Below, in pieces: positions 11,311 through 23,466 of a DNA stretch of 64,000 bases. This DNA comes from Octopus bimaculoides (taxonomy: Eukaryota), in contig NC_069004.1 of assembly GCF_001194135.2 (NCBI RefSeq), positions 14,182,719 through 14,246,718 of the forward strand, read 5' to 3'. Under the pieces are notes generated by a model. It saw only the letters and a program-made list of their open reading frames with translations. It was not told where the DNA came from and did no database searches. Each line of letters starts with the position of its first letter. Within the stretch, counting starts at the first letter, position 1. The position numbers were made by a program, and so were the translations under genes.

Positions 11311-13295
11311 CACTTCCTTATTCATGTATATGTGTTTGTGTATACTGCTGAATATCTCCTAAACTGAGAGAACCAAGATTTGTTGTTAAATTAAAATCAA
11401 ATGACAACGGCAAACAATTTCTGAATTGCAAACTGTTAAAAACACAAATGAAATCAACACTGCAATGTAACCATATCCTAGTACATAACAACGCCATATG
11501 ACATAAAGAAAGAAGGAAAAAAAAAAGAATGTTTCTAGAACATTTAAAATGTCTGTGGAAAATTATTTTCTAAAATGATTAAAGAGTTTATATATCCACA
11601 AAAAACAATAAATGAATAAATAAATGATGGTGAAGTCTAAATCATAAAAGTGTTTGATTACGGCATCTGTTAGACAGCAACTCATCATTTATTATAAATT
11701 ATCTTGAGAAGCATTAACTCAAACATATTCTTCAATTTAATCAGCAGTGTATTGATTTTGAACAGATTTCCTTTCTAGAAGATTGCCAATAAACTTGAAC
11801 ATGATATCTACAGCAATAACAATAACAACAAAACCTCACACTAGTTATTTTTCTTTTTAACCAATGATAATCTTTTTTTAATGCTTTTTGAATGGTTTTT
11901 TTTTTAAATTTAAATTTACTTAACCAGATATTGACAAAGTCTTTATTTTAAAAAGAACATGGAAAATATAATAATGGTTTTAAATTTTGGCACAAAGCCA
12001 GTGATTTCGGGGGAAGAGGGGTACGTCAATTACATCGACCACAGTGCTCAATTGAAACTTATTTTATTGACCTGGAGAGGAGGAAAGGCAAAGTTGACCT
12101 TGATAGAATTTGAACTCAGATTGTAAAGATGGATGAAATGCTGGTAAGCATTTAGTCTGGTGTGTTAATTATTCTGCCAGCTCACCAAAAATATAATAAT
12201 AATGGTTTCAGATTTTAGCAACAGGTCCAGCAATTTTAGGAGTGAGGGCAAGTCAATTACATCAACTAATACTTATTTTTACTGATTCCTAAAAGATGAA
12301 AGACAAAGTCAACCTTGACAGAATTTGAACTCAGAATGTAAAGAGCTAGAAGAAATGTTGTTTAGCATTTTATCCAACATGCTAATGATTCGGCCAGCTT
12401 GCCACCATAATCATAATAATAATCCTTTCTACCATGTCTAATAAGTGGCCCTTGATAGCACTGCCATCTCAAAATTAACTGTAATAGTCCCTGATCTGAA
12501 AGTCCTCCAGAACAGACTAACCAGTTTGTTTTTGCTGACAGCGTTTCCTTGAGGACATTAACACTCTTCTCTGCCACTAATCCTCTATAGATTGATGCAG
12601 TGGAATATACACAAATTCCATTGTTTGACTGGTGGGTGGTGGGTAGCGAGTGCCTCACAACATTCTAGATGCTGTGCATCATATTTTGATCTTTGCTTCA
12701 CCCAGGACTGCAGATATCAAAAGATATGTCTCATGAATGCTGCCCACATCCTTCCACCATCTAGGAATCCCTGCAAGTGACACAGCCCCAGCACATCTGT
12801 GTATCAGCAGCCAGTGCATGCCCAACCTGCCTTGTAGAAGGTGTTGGTAGCAGATGGACCACCTAACTAGTAGAACACAGTCCTTCCACAAGAAATTGAG
12901 TTTCTTGGAAACATGTACTGGGATACATATAATCATAGGTATGTCTGACACTTTCAGCCTGTGTTTTGGCTGAATTTTTCAGTTTTAAAAGTATAGCAAA
13001 TAATGCTATAGTTTTTTATCATTTTCCAATTTAAATAATTTCTTCCAATATATTCTAGAGGGCTTGTTGTACCACATGACATGAGAAATTTCATTAGCAG
13101 AGACATATAATTTTGCTTTTCACCATCTTCTGGATTATCTCTTGTTACGAAGAAATGTTGTTCAGTCTTACAAAATTCTCCCATTTCTAGTAACAGTGAT
13201 AGAGCCAACATTCCAGTTTGTCCATTTAGCATTCAGGGAAGGTTTGCCTTTACACAGCTGCAGAATAAAGAAACCACAATACTTGGTATGGTGTA

Positions 13296-13694
13296 AGAAT
13301 CCAGGCTACAGAGATGAAATATTTCAAGAAACTTTTGAGAATATCATACAGAGATTGTGTCACAAATGAACAAATGAGGAAGTGAAAAGAAAAATAAGGC
13401 AACCCCTATGAGAAACTTCTTACACAGTAAAGAAATGCAAGCTCAGGTGGTTTGAGCATATCACCCGCTCAACAGGGATGGCCAAAACAATCCTTCAGGG
13501 AACAATCAAAGGTGGTAAACACAGAGGAAGACAGAGAAAGAGGTGGGAAAACAACATCTGTGAGTGCACAGACTTAAAGATGAGAGACACAATGTGAGAG
13601 GTAGAAGACGGAGATGGGTGGAGGGATCTGGTTGCAAAGTCATCGGTGTTGTCCCAATGGTCAGCCAGACTACATGATATGTAATGTAATGTAA
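13296..13694 (+). mobile_element. 5'-truncated RTE-clade LINE (ORF C-terminus, (ATGTA)n tail)
   Basis: RIQATEMKYFKKLLRISYRDCVTNEQMR...KKCKLRWFEHITRSTGMAKTILQGTIKGGKHRGRQRKRWENNI...EDGDGWRDLVAKSSV matches the RTE LRW.GH...GRP.KRW C-terminal pattern; ends atgtaatgtaatgtaa. Confidence 0.85.
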
Positions 13695-14130
13695 GAATTA
13701 CCACTATTGTTGTTCCTACTGTTATCTTCCAGAGTAATTATTTGAGTATTTGGGACATTTTCTTCACAATTTACTATGTTCATTTTCTTCTTTCTCTCAT
13801 CCATTTAGTCATGTGTTTTAATTCCGTGCTGCTTTTAGCCATTGTGGTGTTTAGTCATGAGACATAATTATGGGTGGTAGCCATTTTTAGATGTGAAAAT
13901 ATAACGTGTGCAAATAAAATTTGAAAAGTTTGTGAAACAAACGTTTTTTTTCCTGTTGTCTGCCCTCAGGTATTAAAAACAGTCCCTCCTAAGGAAATTA
14001 TAGTTCTTTTTACAAGAACTACAAAGAAAATTTCATATGGCAGTGTTTGAATAAATGTAGTTACAAAGGGAGAAGCAAAAACAATTTTTCCATACTACAA
14101 AAGTAATAATAATAATAGTAATAATAATAA

Positions 14131-14312
14131 TTCTTTCTATTAAAGGCACAAGGCCTGAAATGTGGGGAGAGAAAGTAAATCGATTACATCAAACCCTTGT
14201 GCTTATTTTATTGACTCTGAAAGGATGGAAGAAAAGCTACTAAGCATTTTGTACAATATGCCAATGATTCGACCAGCTCACTGCTTTGATAATATTTTTT
14301 ATTTACATAATT

Positions 14313-14350
<38 letters not shown>

Positions 14351-14560
14351 CCTTTCTACTAAAAGTACAAGGCCTGAAATTTTTGTGGGAAGGGGACCAA
14401 TCAATTACATCAACCCCAGTGTTTCATCGGTATTTATTTTATTGACCCAGAAAGGATGAAAGGCAAAGTTGACCTTAGTGGAGTTTGAACTCAGAACATA
14501 AAGATAGACAAAATGCTGTTAAACGTTTTGCCAGGTGTGCTAACGATTCTGCTAGCTTGT
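14131..14560 (-). mobile_element. Two SINE B copies separated by (AAT)n
   Basis: 14131-14285 (internally deleted) and 14350-14560. Confidence 0.8.
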
Positions 14561-14574
14561 CAAATAATAATAAT

Positions 14575-15127
14575 GCTGCTATGATAAAGTCTGTTTGTAC
14601 CGTCATTAGCTTTTATGTTGCAAATACCAATATGAAATAAGAAAGAATTGGTATGAGCATATGTCTAGTATGATGCCAGAGGATGAGAAAGTAACAATAT
14701 TCTGAGATTATGATTTTCTGAGAGAGTAATTGAGCATCACTGACTGCTCGTGGACATACTAAACATGACAAATATGGTCAGGTCATTGACATAACCATAC
14801 CAAATTACTTGAATATTTTGAGTAAAGAGGTTGAAAGAATCACCATGTACTCCAAACTGGGAGTGGAGATGGCAAAACTGCTTGGAATGTGAAAGGGCGA
14901 TGTAAAAGTGATACCAGTTGCAATCAGGGCATTAGGATCAATCCCATTAAAACTTCAAGGCTTCTTAAAGTTGTTGGGAATATCATGCAAGATTGAGTCA
15001 TAAAAAAAAATATCAACCTTGCTAGGAACTGTGCACATTTTAAGAAAAATATCTGTCTGAGGCTCTTATTGTGACTTGACAGATGATTAAAAAGGCCAGT
15101 GCATTTTCCATCTAGACTGTGTAACAA
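14575..15127 (+). mobile_element. Old RLE (R4/Dong-like) LINE fragment, third subfamily
   Basis: Decayed frames give RKNWYEHMSSMMPEDEKVTIF*DYD...VIDITIPNYLNILSKEVERITMYSKL...VKVIPVAIRALGSIP...STLLGTVHILRKISV*, colinear with 1-581. Flanked by (AAT)n on both sides. Confidence 0.8.
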
Positions 15128-15144
15128 AGTAATAATAGTAATAA

Positions 15145-15362
15145 TCCTTTCTACTAAAGGCACAAAGCCTAAAATTTTGGGAGAGGGGACTAGTCGATTA
15201 CATCGACCCCAGGGTTTCCATGGTACTTAATTTATTGACCCCGAAACGATGAAAGGCAAAGTTGACCTTGGTGGAATTTGAACTCAGAATATAGTGATGG
15301 ATGAAATGCCACTAAGGATTTCCCTCTGGTGCGCTAACAATTCTGCCAGCTCACTGCTTTAC

Positions 15363-15393
<31 letters not shown>

Positions 15394-15833
15394 TGATAAT
15401 AATGATAATAATAATAATAATAATGATAATAATAATGAATTCAAATTTTGGCACAAAACCAGCAGTTTTGGGGAGGAGGTAAGTTGATTACATAAACTCC
15501 AGTGCTTGACCGATACCTATTTTATCAACCTCAAAAAGATGAAAGCAAAGATGACTGATGGTATTTGAACTCAGAATGTGATGATTCTGCCAGCTTGCTG
15601 TCTTAATAAAATCAATAATAATCCTTTCTACTATTGGCTCAAAAGCTGAAAATTTGGGGGGAGGAGCTAGTCAATTTCATCAACCCTAGTGCTCGACTGG
15701 TACTTAGTTTACCGACTCCAAAATGATGAAAGGTAAAGTCAACCATGGCAAAATTTGTACTCAGAACATAAAAATGGATGAAATGCTACTAAGCATTTTG
15801 CCTGGCATATTAACATATCTGCCATCTCACCAC
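15145..15833 (-). mobile_element. Three tandem SINE B copies separated by AAT tracts
   Basis: 15145-15358, 15440-15602 and 15620-15833, all in the same orientation. Confidence 0.8.
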
Positions 15834-15840
15834 CTCAGTG

Positions 15841-16117
15841 ATAAGGAAACCCCAAAATGGCTGAAGTTCAAAAGATAGTGCTCATGGGAACTGCCCATAT
15901 CCTACGTAAAATACTGTCTATGTGATCTCAAATTTTAAAGCAAACACATAATTTTCTTATGGTTTCTTAAACATTCACTTGAACAAAACTGTACAAATCC
16001 AAATATATGGTACCCTATGCATAACACCTACATGAACTTCTAACTTGTTGTCTCTTGAGGTCTCTGGGTGAGACTTGGATCCAACTTGTACAAATGCAAA
16101 ACAAAAGTCAAACATAA

Positions 16118-16148
<31 letters not shown>
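15841..16148 (+). mobile_element. Extreme 3' end of a fourth RLE LINE subfamily with (AAT)n tail
   Basis: GNPKMAEVQKIVLMGTAHILRKILSM* (TGA 15923-15925), then a ~190-nt UTR unrelated to that of 1-690, then (AAT)n. Confidence 0.8.
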
Positions 16149-17043
16149 TTATATGGTTTATAATTTAGGCATAAAGCAAGTAATTTTAAGGGGAAGAGAT
16201 TAGTCAATGCCATCTGTCCCAGGTACTTTATCTTACCAATGCTGAAAAGTAAAGCTGAAGATATTGATTCCTAGATATCAATTTCCTAATTAAATCATAC
16301 ATTAATAAATCATTAATACATGATATCTCTGATTCTACCACCATTAGACTCAGAGATCAAATGAAGGGAAAATAAGTATCACACTTAAAAGAAAATAAGT
16401 ACTGGGATTGAACAATCTTACATTAATCTGATGGATTACTTTATACTTTTGTAAAGTACAAATTTATTATTCTTAAACAAAATGTTATTGATAGTAACTT
16501 TGAAGTTTTTGGCCATCAGACTGCTCGACGATGCCTTGGCTGGCTGAAACTTTGAAATTACTGTCAATAATATTCTTGCTTAAGAATAATAAATATACTT
16601 AGTATTATTTGGGTACACATCGTATACCCAGAGCATTCAGAAAAATCCAAAAGCTATTAATTGTATTTCACATTTCACCTGATGAAGCACCTATACAAGG
16701 CTATTAACGAAAAATATTCAACTATATAGTAATTATAAAGAATGATTTTCTATAATGGAATATGATTATAAATTCAGCAACTTAAAGATGGTGTGTGGTG
16801 CAGAAACAAATGTTGTGATCTACTATTAAAGCCTGGTATCCTTTGTCCTCACGTTACATGGTCATATTATTCTCATATATATATATGTTGTTTTTGTATA
16901 CATTTCAGATAATTAGTACTATTTCGTTATGTATCTGATGTTGTATGGTAGCTGGAATGGGTAACGACTTGCAAAACAAGAGGATGTGGAAATGCATGAA
17001 TATCAATAATCCTCTTTTGTTTTGCTATAAATATCAGAGAACT

Positions 17044-17086
<43 letters not shown>

Positions 17087-17947
17087 AAAGAATTCTTAAT
17101 ATTCTGAATATATTATCAATAAAATTCTCACACAGTTGTTGGTTATTGAATAAAGAGACGAAAGTGACCTTGGAATTTCAAGTGAAGGACACTGTTGAGA
17201 AGTTGAGAGATCTGATATTGAAGATAACAGAATATTATCATAAATATAAATATAATTACAATGACATATACATTCAACAGTAGAAATTCTTCTCTTGAGA
17301 AAAGATGCTACTGCAAGTATAATTCCTCATTGTTATAACTAATGAATAAGGCAAGGAAATATATTTGAATATCAGAATTTTCCAATGCAAATGCTTTTTG
17401 TTTTCTCTTCTAGACATACAGCAAAATCATTCTAAATTTAGCATGTTAGTAATAAACATTATTATTATTATTATTATTTAAACGTTGAATCTGTAATTTA
17501 ATAATGCATATTACATGTTCATTCCAGAATTTTATGTCCTGAAGTCAGGATGAAAAAAAAAAAAAAATTCAACAAAAAACAATGAAGGCACCCTAATACT
17601 GAATATAAATAAAGTTTGTGGCTAACAGAGAATATTTTAATTCCAGTAGTAAGCAGATTTTAGTAGATGTAAAATAATCTTCCAATATCAAAAGTGTTTT
17701 TTTATCCCTTGACCTAGTGAAACAGATGTGCTGAGGCATCAGTTCTGACATGATCATTAGCTATTGATCTCTCTTTCCCTCTCACACACATATTGCAATG
17801 GTTGGATACAGCTACTACTGCTACTAATATAGGCAGCTATTGAAAAACAACTGCAGAAATGAGAATGACAAAAACAAAAAAATCACTCAATGCAGTGATT
17901 ACAATTTCTTCTTTCTGTCTTTTTTGGGGAAGGGTTGGAGAGTTGGA

Positions 17948-17983
<36 letters not shown>

Positions 17984-18313
17984 TACTGAGAGTTTGAATA
18001 GTTAATTTCTAAATGTCCAAAAGATACATGAAGCTAAACTGGAAAAAAAAAAAATGAGAAGCAAGATTAAACCAGGAGAAAAATGGAAGACAACATAAGA
18101 AAAAAAAAAAAAAAAAANNNNNNNNNNNNNNNNNNNNNNNNNNNNNNNNNNNNNNNNNNNNNNNNNNNNNNNNNNNNNNNNNNNNNNNNNNNNNNNNNNN
18201 NNNNNNNNNNNNNNNNNNNNNNNNNNNNNNNNNNNNNNNNNNNNNNNNNNNNNNNNNNNNNNNNNNNNNNNNNNNNNNNNNNNNNNNNNNNNNNNNNNNN
18301 NNNNNNNNNNNNN

Positions 18314-18347
<34 letters not shown>

Positions 18348-18630
18348 CTTTGTTTAGTGGAAACAAATATAGAGGTGTTGCTATTTAATTGGAGAAAAAG
18401 CAATGCTTATTTTACTGAACTACAACATTTTATTTCTAGAATTCTTTTACTAGTTTCAGTCTGTGGCCATGCTGGGGCATTATCATCAAAAGTTTAGTTA
18501 ATTCCACTACCCCCACCCAGCACTTTTTTCAGCTTGGTATGTATTTTGTTGACCCCCATTTACTGGACCACCAAACTATGGGAGCATAATCAGACAACAT
18601 AAACAATACCAGTGTTTAGACTGGTATAGA

Positions 18631-18680
<50 letters not shown>

Positions 18681-19517
18681 GAGGTTTCCACACAGTTTCA
18701 GTCTTCCAAATTCCAGTCATAGGGTATTAGTAATTTCAAGGTTATAACAAAGACATTTGTCTAGCGTGCTACAGAGTGGAATTGAACACAAAATGTCCAT
18801 GTTTGCAAATTGAACTTCTTAACCAAACAGCCAGCTATGCACAGTGTTTGGTTTACTGGCAAAATATAAAACTAAGCAGGATAAAATAACATTACAAGTA
18901 AATGCTGAAAATTTCCCAAATCAAATTAGCTTTCACTCAATATATATCTTTCATGTCGTATTAAAGATATGAAACATTTTTATATTTACCCAATCTGATT
19001 TGCTTTAATAATTTGACAGAGCAAAATTAATATTATCCCCGCAACCAAAATAACATTATCACAGCAGCTATTCCTTTCCTTCTCTACATAGACAAAATAG
19101 ATTTTGGTATAGCTGTAAAGTTGTAAATATCGATAAAATTTTCCATCCAAGATTAAATCTAATTAGCATAGGAATGAGACTCCTTGTTTGATAAGATAAT
19201 TAAGACTATCATTAAGAGGAGGAAAACAGCAATTATATACATTAGTGTTGGAAACTAATAAGGTCAGGACTGTTGGAAACAGCAGGCACATTGGCACTGC
19301 TTAAGATGATTGTGCATTCCATTTGTTAAAAGGGAACATAGTTCTTGCTACCATTAGCATCTCTTTACATTCTGTATTTCTGCATCATTAATTATGATAT
19401 AAATATTTGATGATGTAATCTAGTTCACTCAAATTTAGATATTTCTAAATCATCATGGCAAATATCACTGCTGCTGGTCTCCAGTGTCAGGTAGGTCCTA
19501 ATCCAGCAGATCCACAA

Positions 19518-19740
19518 TTAACTCTTTAACATTTAAACCAGCCATATCTGGTCAAAGATCTTCTATCCGTTTTATGTTCGAATTAACCAGGTCCTGCCTC
19601 TTACACATATCTTACAATGTTGCTCTAAAAATGAAACAATCACATCATCAAAGCTACAAGATAATGCATGATTAATTTAAAACGATGTGAATAAACAAGC
19701 GTTACATTTGACAGAAAAATCAAAATGTTAAAAAGGTTAA
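19518..19740 (+). mobile_element. piggyBac-type MITE family 1 (~220 bp, TTAA TSD, TIR ~CCCTTTAGCATT)
   Basis: TTAA at 19518-21 and 19737-40. Further copies at ~27508-27728(-), 55778-55992, 56221-56448 and 60709-60926; partial copies at 45235-45285 and 57967-58104. TTAA TSD plus CCC termini is the piggyBac signature. Confidence 0.8.
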
Positions 19741-20737
19741 ACAATATTACACTAAGCTAAGTAAAAGCATGGTTATCCTTGCATACAGGTTTGTCCCCTG
19801 CATTCCTCTCCAGCTGAGCATTCTTAATCTTTATGGCCTGTGAGTGCTGGTGCCACATAAAAAGTAGCCATGCCAGAGCTGTGTAAAAGCACCCAGTACA
19901 CTCTGTAAAGTGGTTGGCATTAGGAAGGGCATCCAGCTGTAGAAACCAAGCCTAAACAGACATGGAACCTGGTGTGGCCCCTGGCCTTGCCAGCTCCTGT
20001 CAAACCGTTCAACCCATGCCAGCATGGAAAAGAGATGTTAAATGAAGATGATGTGTAATTCTTCTGTCAAGACAGTTGTGTTTTGTTGGGGGTTTTTTTT
20101 TGGCGGGGGGTGGGGTGGGTGTTCCTAGCAGATTAAACACTCTTGTAGAAACTTTCTCATTGGAGCAGCTAGTGCAACAACAGGACTTTGTCTTTCATCC
20201 TTTTGGAATTGATGAAAAAAAAAGACCAGTTGAACATTAGGGTTGATGTAATTGACTTACCCCAACTCCCATGAAATTACTGGACTTGTTCCAAAATCTG
20301 AAACCATTACTACATGATTATGGATAATCCAGCAAAACAGTTAATGAATTAAGATTTTAGAACTGAGGCCACTAGAAAATTAGTTGTGTACTTGTACTCT
20401 GGTATACGAGTGGCATCACCAATAAGCGAATAAAAAAAATAAGAGGATATTTTTGAAATGGATAATGAAGTGCTATCAATCAACCCCTGTGAATTTAATA
20501 AAGGGTCCAATCTGAAATTCCGAGGATATTACTGAATACAACAAGCACCTGAAGAAGTCTGCAGAAAAGAAGATTAGAAAAACACTGTGACCGTTACAAT
20601 CAAGCTGAGGACACTAGTCTGGATATATTGTGTATAACTTCTTAGCATGTAGGATTCTCAGTTAAAATGTGGTTTATCATCAAGTATGATAGCAAATAAT
20701 ACAGTTACTCACTACTTTATTTTTAACAATGTTATTT

Positions 20738-21042
20738 TAGGTGCAGGCATAGATGTGTGGTAAGAAATTTGCTTCCTGGTCACAGAGTTTGAGGTTCAAT
20801 CCTACTGTATGGCACTTTGGGCAAATATCTTCTACTATAGCCTGTGGGTGGATTTGGTAGATGGAAAGTGAAAGAAGCTCGTTGAGTGTATATGTGTGTG
20901 TGTGTATGACAAACACAGACATATATACACTCATGTGGATCAGCAAAAAAAACTGAGACTTGCCCAAAGTGCCACAGTAGGACTGAACCTGGAACCACGT
21001 GGCTGGGAATCAAACTTCTTACCACACAGAAATGCTTGCACT
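20738..21042. mobile_element. Inverted pair of SINE A 5' halves
   Basis: Plus-strand head at 20738-20900 and minus-strand head at 20955-21042. Confidence 0.75.
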
Positions 21043-21699
21043 TATATACATGATTAATTCAACACAATAAATAAACAAACATTCCATTCAACAGAATAAT
21101 TCTGAATGGTAAGTAGTTAAAGAAGAGCACCTGCTTAAGACTGTCAGAACTCAGTTTCACTGCAACTACAGGTAATGGACTTATTTTATAAACTTTACAA
21201 ATTGCTAACTGAACTACTGAAGAAAATGAAGATATCAATCAATAGAGAAATATAGACTACAATCAACGAGATTATAGGAGATAAAATTAAACGTGACAGT
21301 TGGTGAGTAGCTAGGTGGAGGAAGTGAAGGGACGGTTTCAAGTCTTAAGAACAGAAAAAATAGGTTAAATGTTTTTTGATTTGTTACCTTTTCTATTGTT
21401 TTTTTAGTTTTTTAACTACTATTAACAAAGGTTAAGAGGCTAACTGAATAATTATCTCTAACAACAGATCATGGTGGAGTTGATTTATCTTGAACAATGG
21501 AATTGCTATTATCTTCATATATGGGAGGGAAAGAAAAAAACAAGAAACTCCAATTGTTGTACATGCAATTGCTAATTAATGAGAAAGTAGTTAAAACTCA
21601 GCAAATTTGAAACTGGAATATTTCAACAATGTCACTGAAACTTTACTAATTATTCTGAGAGATAAAATTGAAGTTTTCTCCACCATGGGCATGACTACA

Positions 21700-22095
21700 A
21701 ATGCTAACATGGCTGTATAGTAAGAAGTTTGCTTTCCATCTGCATAATTTGGGGGTTTAATCCCACTGCAAGGCACCTTGGAGAAGTGCCTTCTACTATA
21801 ACTCCAGGTTGACCAAAGTCTTGTGAGTGGATTTGGTAGATGGAAACTGAAAGAAGCCCATTGGCTATATATGTATATGTGTGTGTGTGTATGTGCCCTT
21901 GCGTTTGTCCCCCACTATCACTTGACAACTGGTGGAGGTTTGCTTACATCTTCATATATTAGTGGTTCAGCAAAAGAGACTGATAAAATAGCTACCAGAT
22001 TTAAAGATAAATGCTGGGGGAAATTTTTCAACTAAACTCTTCAAGGAGGGGCCCCCAGCATGGCCACAGACCAATGAATGAAACAAAGAAAAGAT
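21700..22095 (+). mobile_element. SINE family A, near full length
   Basis: Colinear with 63390-63790. Others: 18455-18830(-), 23680-24075(+), 25610-25965(+), 26945-27330(+), 29832-30545(+, split), 34405-34822(+), 39960-40205(+), 40798-40965(+), 47840-48210(-), 51800-52190(-), 58735-59108(-), 59905-60060(-). Confidence 0.85.
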
Positions 22096-22340
22096 AAGAT
22101 ATATATTCATGTACCCCCTACATTGATTCGCACCCACCACCACCACCACCACACATATCAAACTTTTATCAATAAGTGGTAAATCTATTAACAAAGTCAA
22201 CATAGGTGGTTTATGAATTCACTCATTCAATCTCCTGCCTTGAAGCTAGTGAGGGAGCCTCTACATAATCATCTGACTTGAAGAAGAAATAGCAACCAGA
22301 TTTCCCTCAAAGCACATTGGACAATGTAGTAATCAATAAA

Positions 22341-22690
22341 GGGTAATGGGTAAAGACCCCTTCTGGTCATGAATGACCTTGGGATTGCACCTGGAAAGTT
22401 CCCCTCTGAGGCACAAGTCTGAGCAAGGTTGTTCATGGAAGGTTGTTCAGCAGTTTCCCATGCATACCAGCCTCTCCTCTCCATGCCACCAATGTTATCC
22501 AAGGGAAAAGCAAAGGCCGATATAGCTTGGCACCAGTGATGTTGCAACTCATTTCTACAGCTGCATGAACTGGAGCAATGTGAAATAAAGTGTCTTGCTC
22601 AAGAACACAACAAAGCCCAGTCTGAGAATCAAACTCACTACCACATGACTGTGAGCCCAACACTCTAACCACTGAGCCATGTGCCTTCAC
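22341..22690 (-). mobile_element. tRNA-derived SINE of a third family (Ceph/OR-like, RTE-type tail)
   Basis: Minus strand starts gtgaaggcacatggctcagtggttagagtgttgggctcacag...gtgagtttgattctcag (A and B boxes). Body is distinct from families A and B. Family naming is from recall only. Confidence 0.65.
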
Positions 22691-22714
22691 ACTATGTATT
22701 AATGACTACATAGG

Positions 22715-22892
22715 CACATAGATTAATGGTTAGGAAATTGGGCTCATGATTGTAAGATTGTAGGCTCAATTCCTGGACGGGGCTATGTGTAGTGTTCTTG
22801 AGCAAAATGCTTCATTTCACATTACTCCTGTACACTCAGCTGGTAAAAATGAGTAATCCTGCAATGAATTGGCATCCTGTCCAGGGACGAAT
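22715..22892 (+). mobile_element. Degenerate tRNA-headed SINE fragment
   Basis: Decayed A/B boxes and the segment tcagctggtaaaaatgagtaatcct, which recurs at ~63815-63845. Confidence 0.55.
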
Positions 22893-23056
22893 ATATATAT
22901 ATATATATATATATATATCATCATCATCATCATCATCATCGTTTAACGTCCGCTTTCCATGCTAGCATGGGTTGGACGATTTGACTGAGGACTGGTGCAA
23001 CCGGATGGCTACACCAGGCTCCAATCTAATTTGGCAGAGTTTCTACAGCTGGATGC

Positions 23057-23104
<48 letters not shown>

Positions 23105-23251
23105 TAGAGAAACCGAAAGACCAGCCCTATGCTCCTTACAGAGTAATGAGGACTAACCAATACACTATGTATAAAATAAAAACGAAAATAATAACACAAG
23201 ATGGTCCTGTCTGATAAGGGCTGACCTGAGACACAACAGACTGTAGTATAT

Positions 23252-23466
23252 TTAACCCCTTGCAGACGGGAAGTGGTACTGACTGCATCGAAACACTGTG
23301 TGTGTGAGTAGTGCAATGTCTCACTCTGTGGGGCATTGTGTCTTCAAATATACCACGCTGAAAACACTGCAAAATTCCTTGTATGAAAAATTATGTAGTT
23401 ACTGAATGGCCTAATACCAGTACACAATACAGACTGTCTGTACTAAATCTGTCTGCAAGGGGTTAA
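23252..23466. mobile_element. piggyBac-type MITE family 2
   Basis: TTAA|CCCCTTGCAGAC...GTCTGCAAGGGG|TTAA: perfect 12-bp TIR with TTAA TSDs at 23252-55 and 23463-66. Confidence 0.88.

Noticed and set aside
16518-16570. ctcgacgatgcc...ggctgaaac as a hammerhead
   Set aside because: Core is not CUGANGA, and stems I and III do not form.
17141-17283. Frame CWLLNKETKVTLEFQVKDTVEKLRDLILKIT with a ubiquitin-like flavour
   Set aside because: No usable donor site, runs into low-complexity sequence and a stop, and the similarity is only impressionistic.
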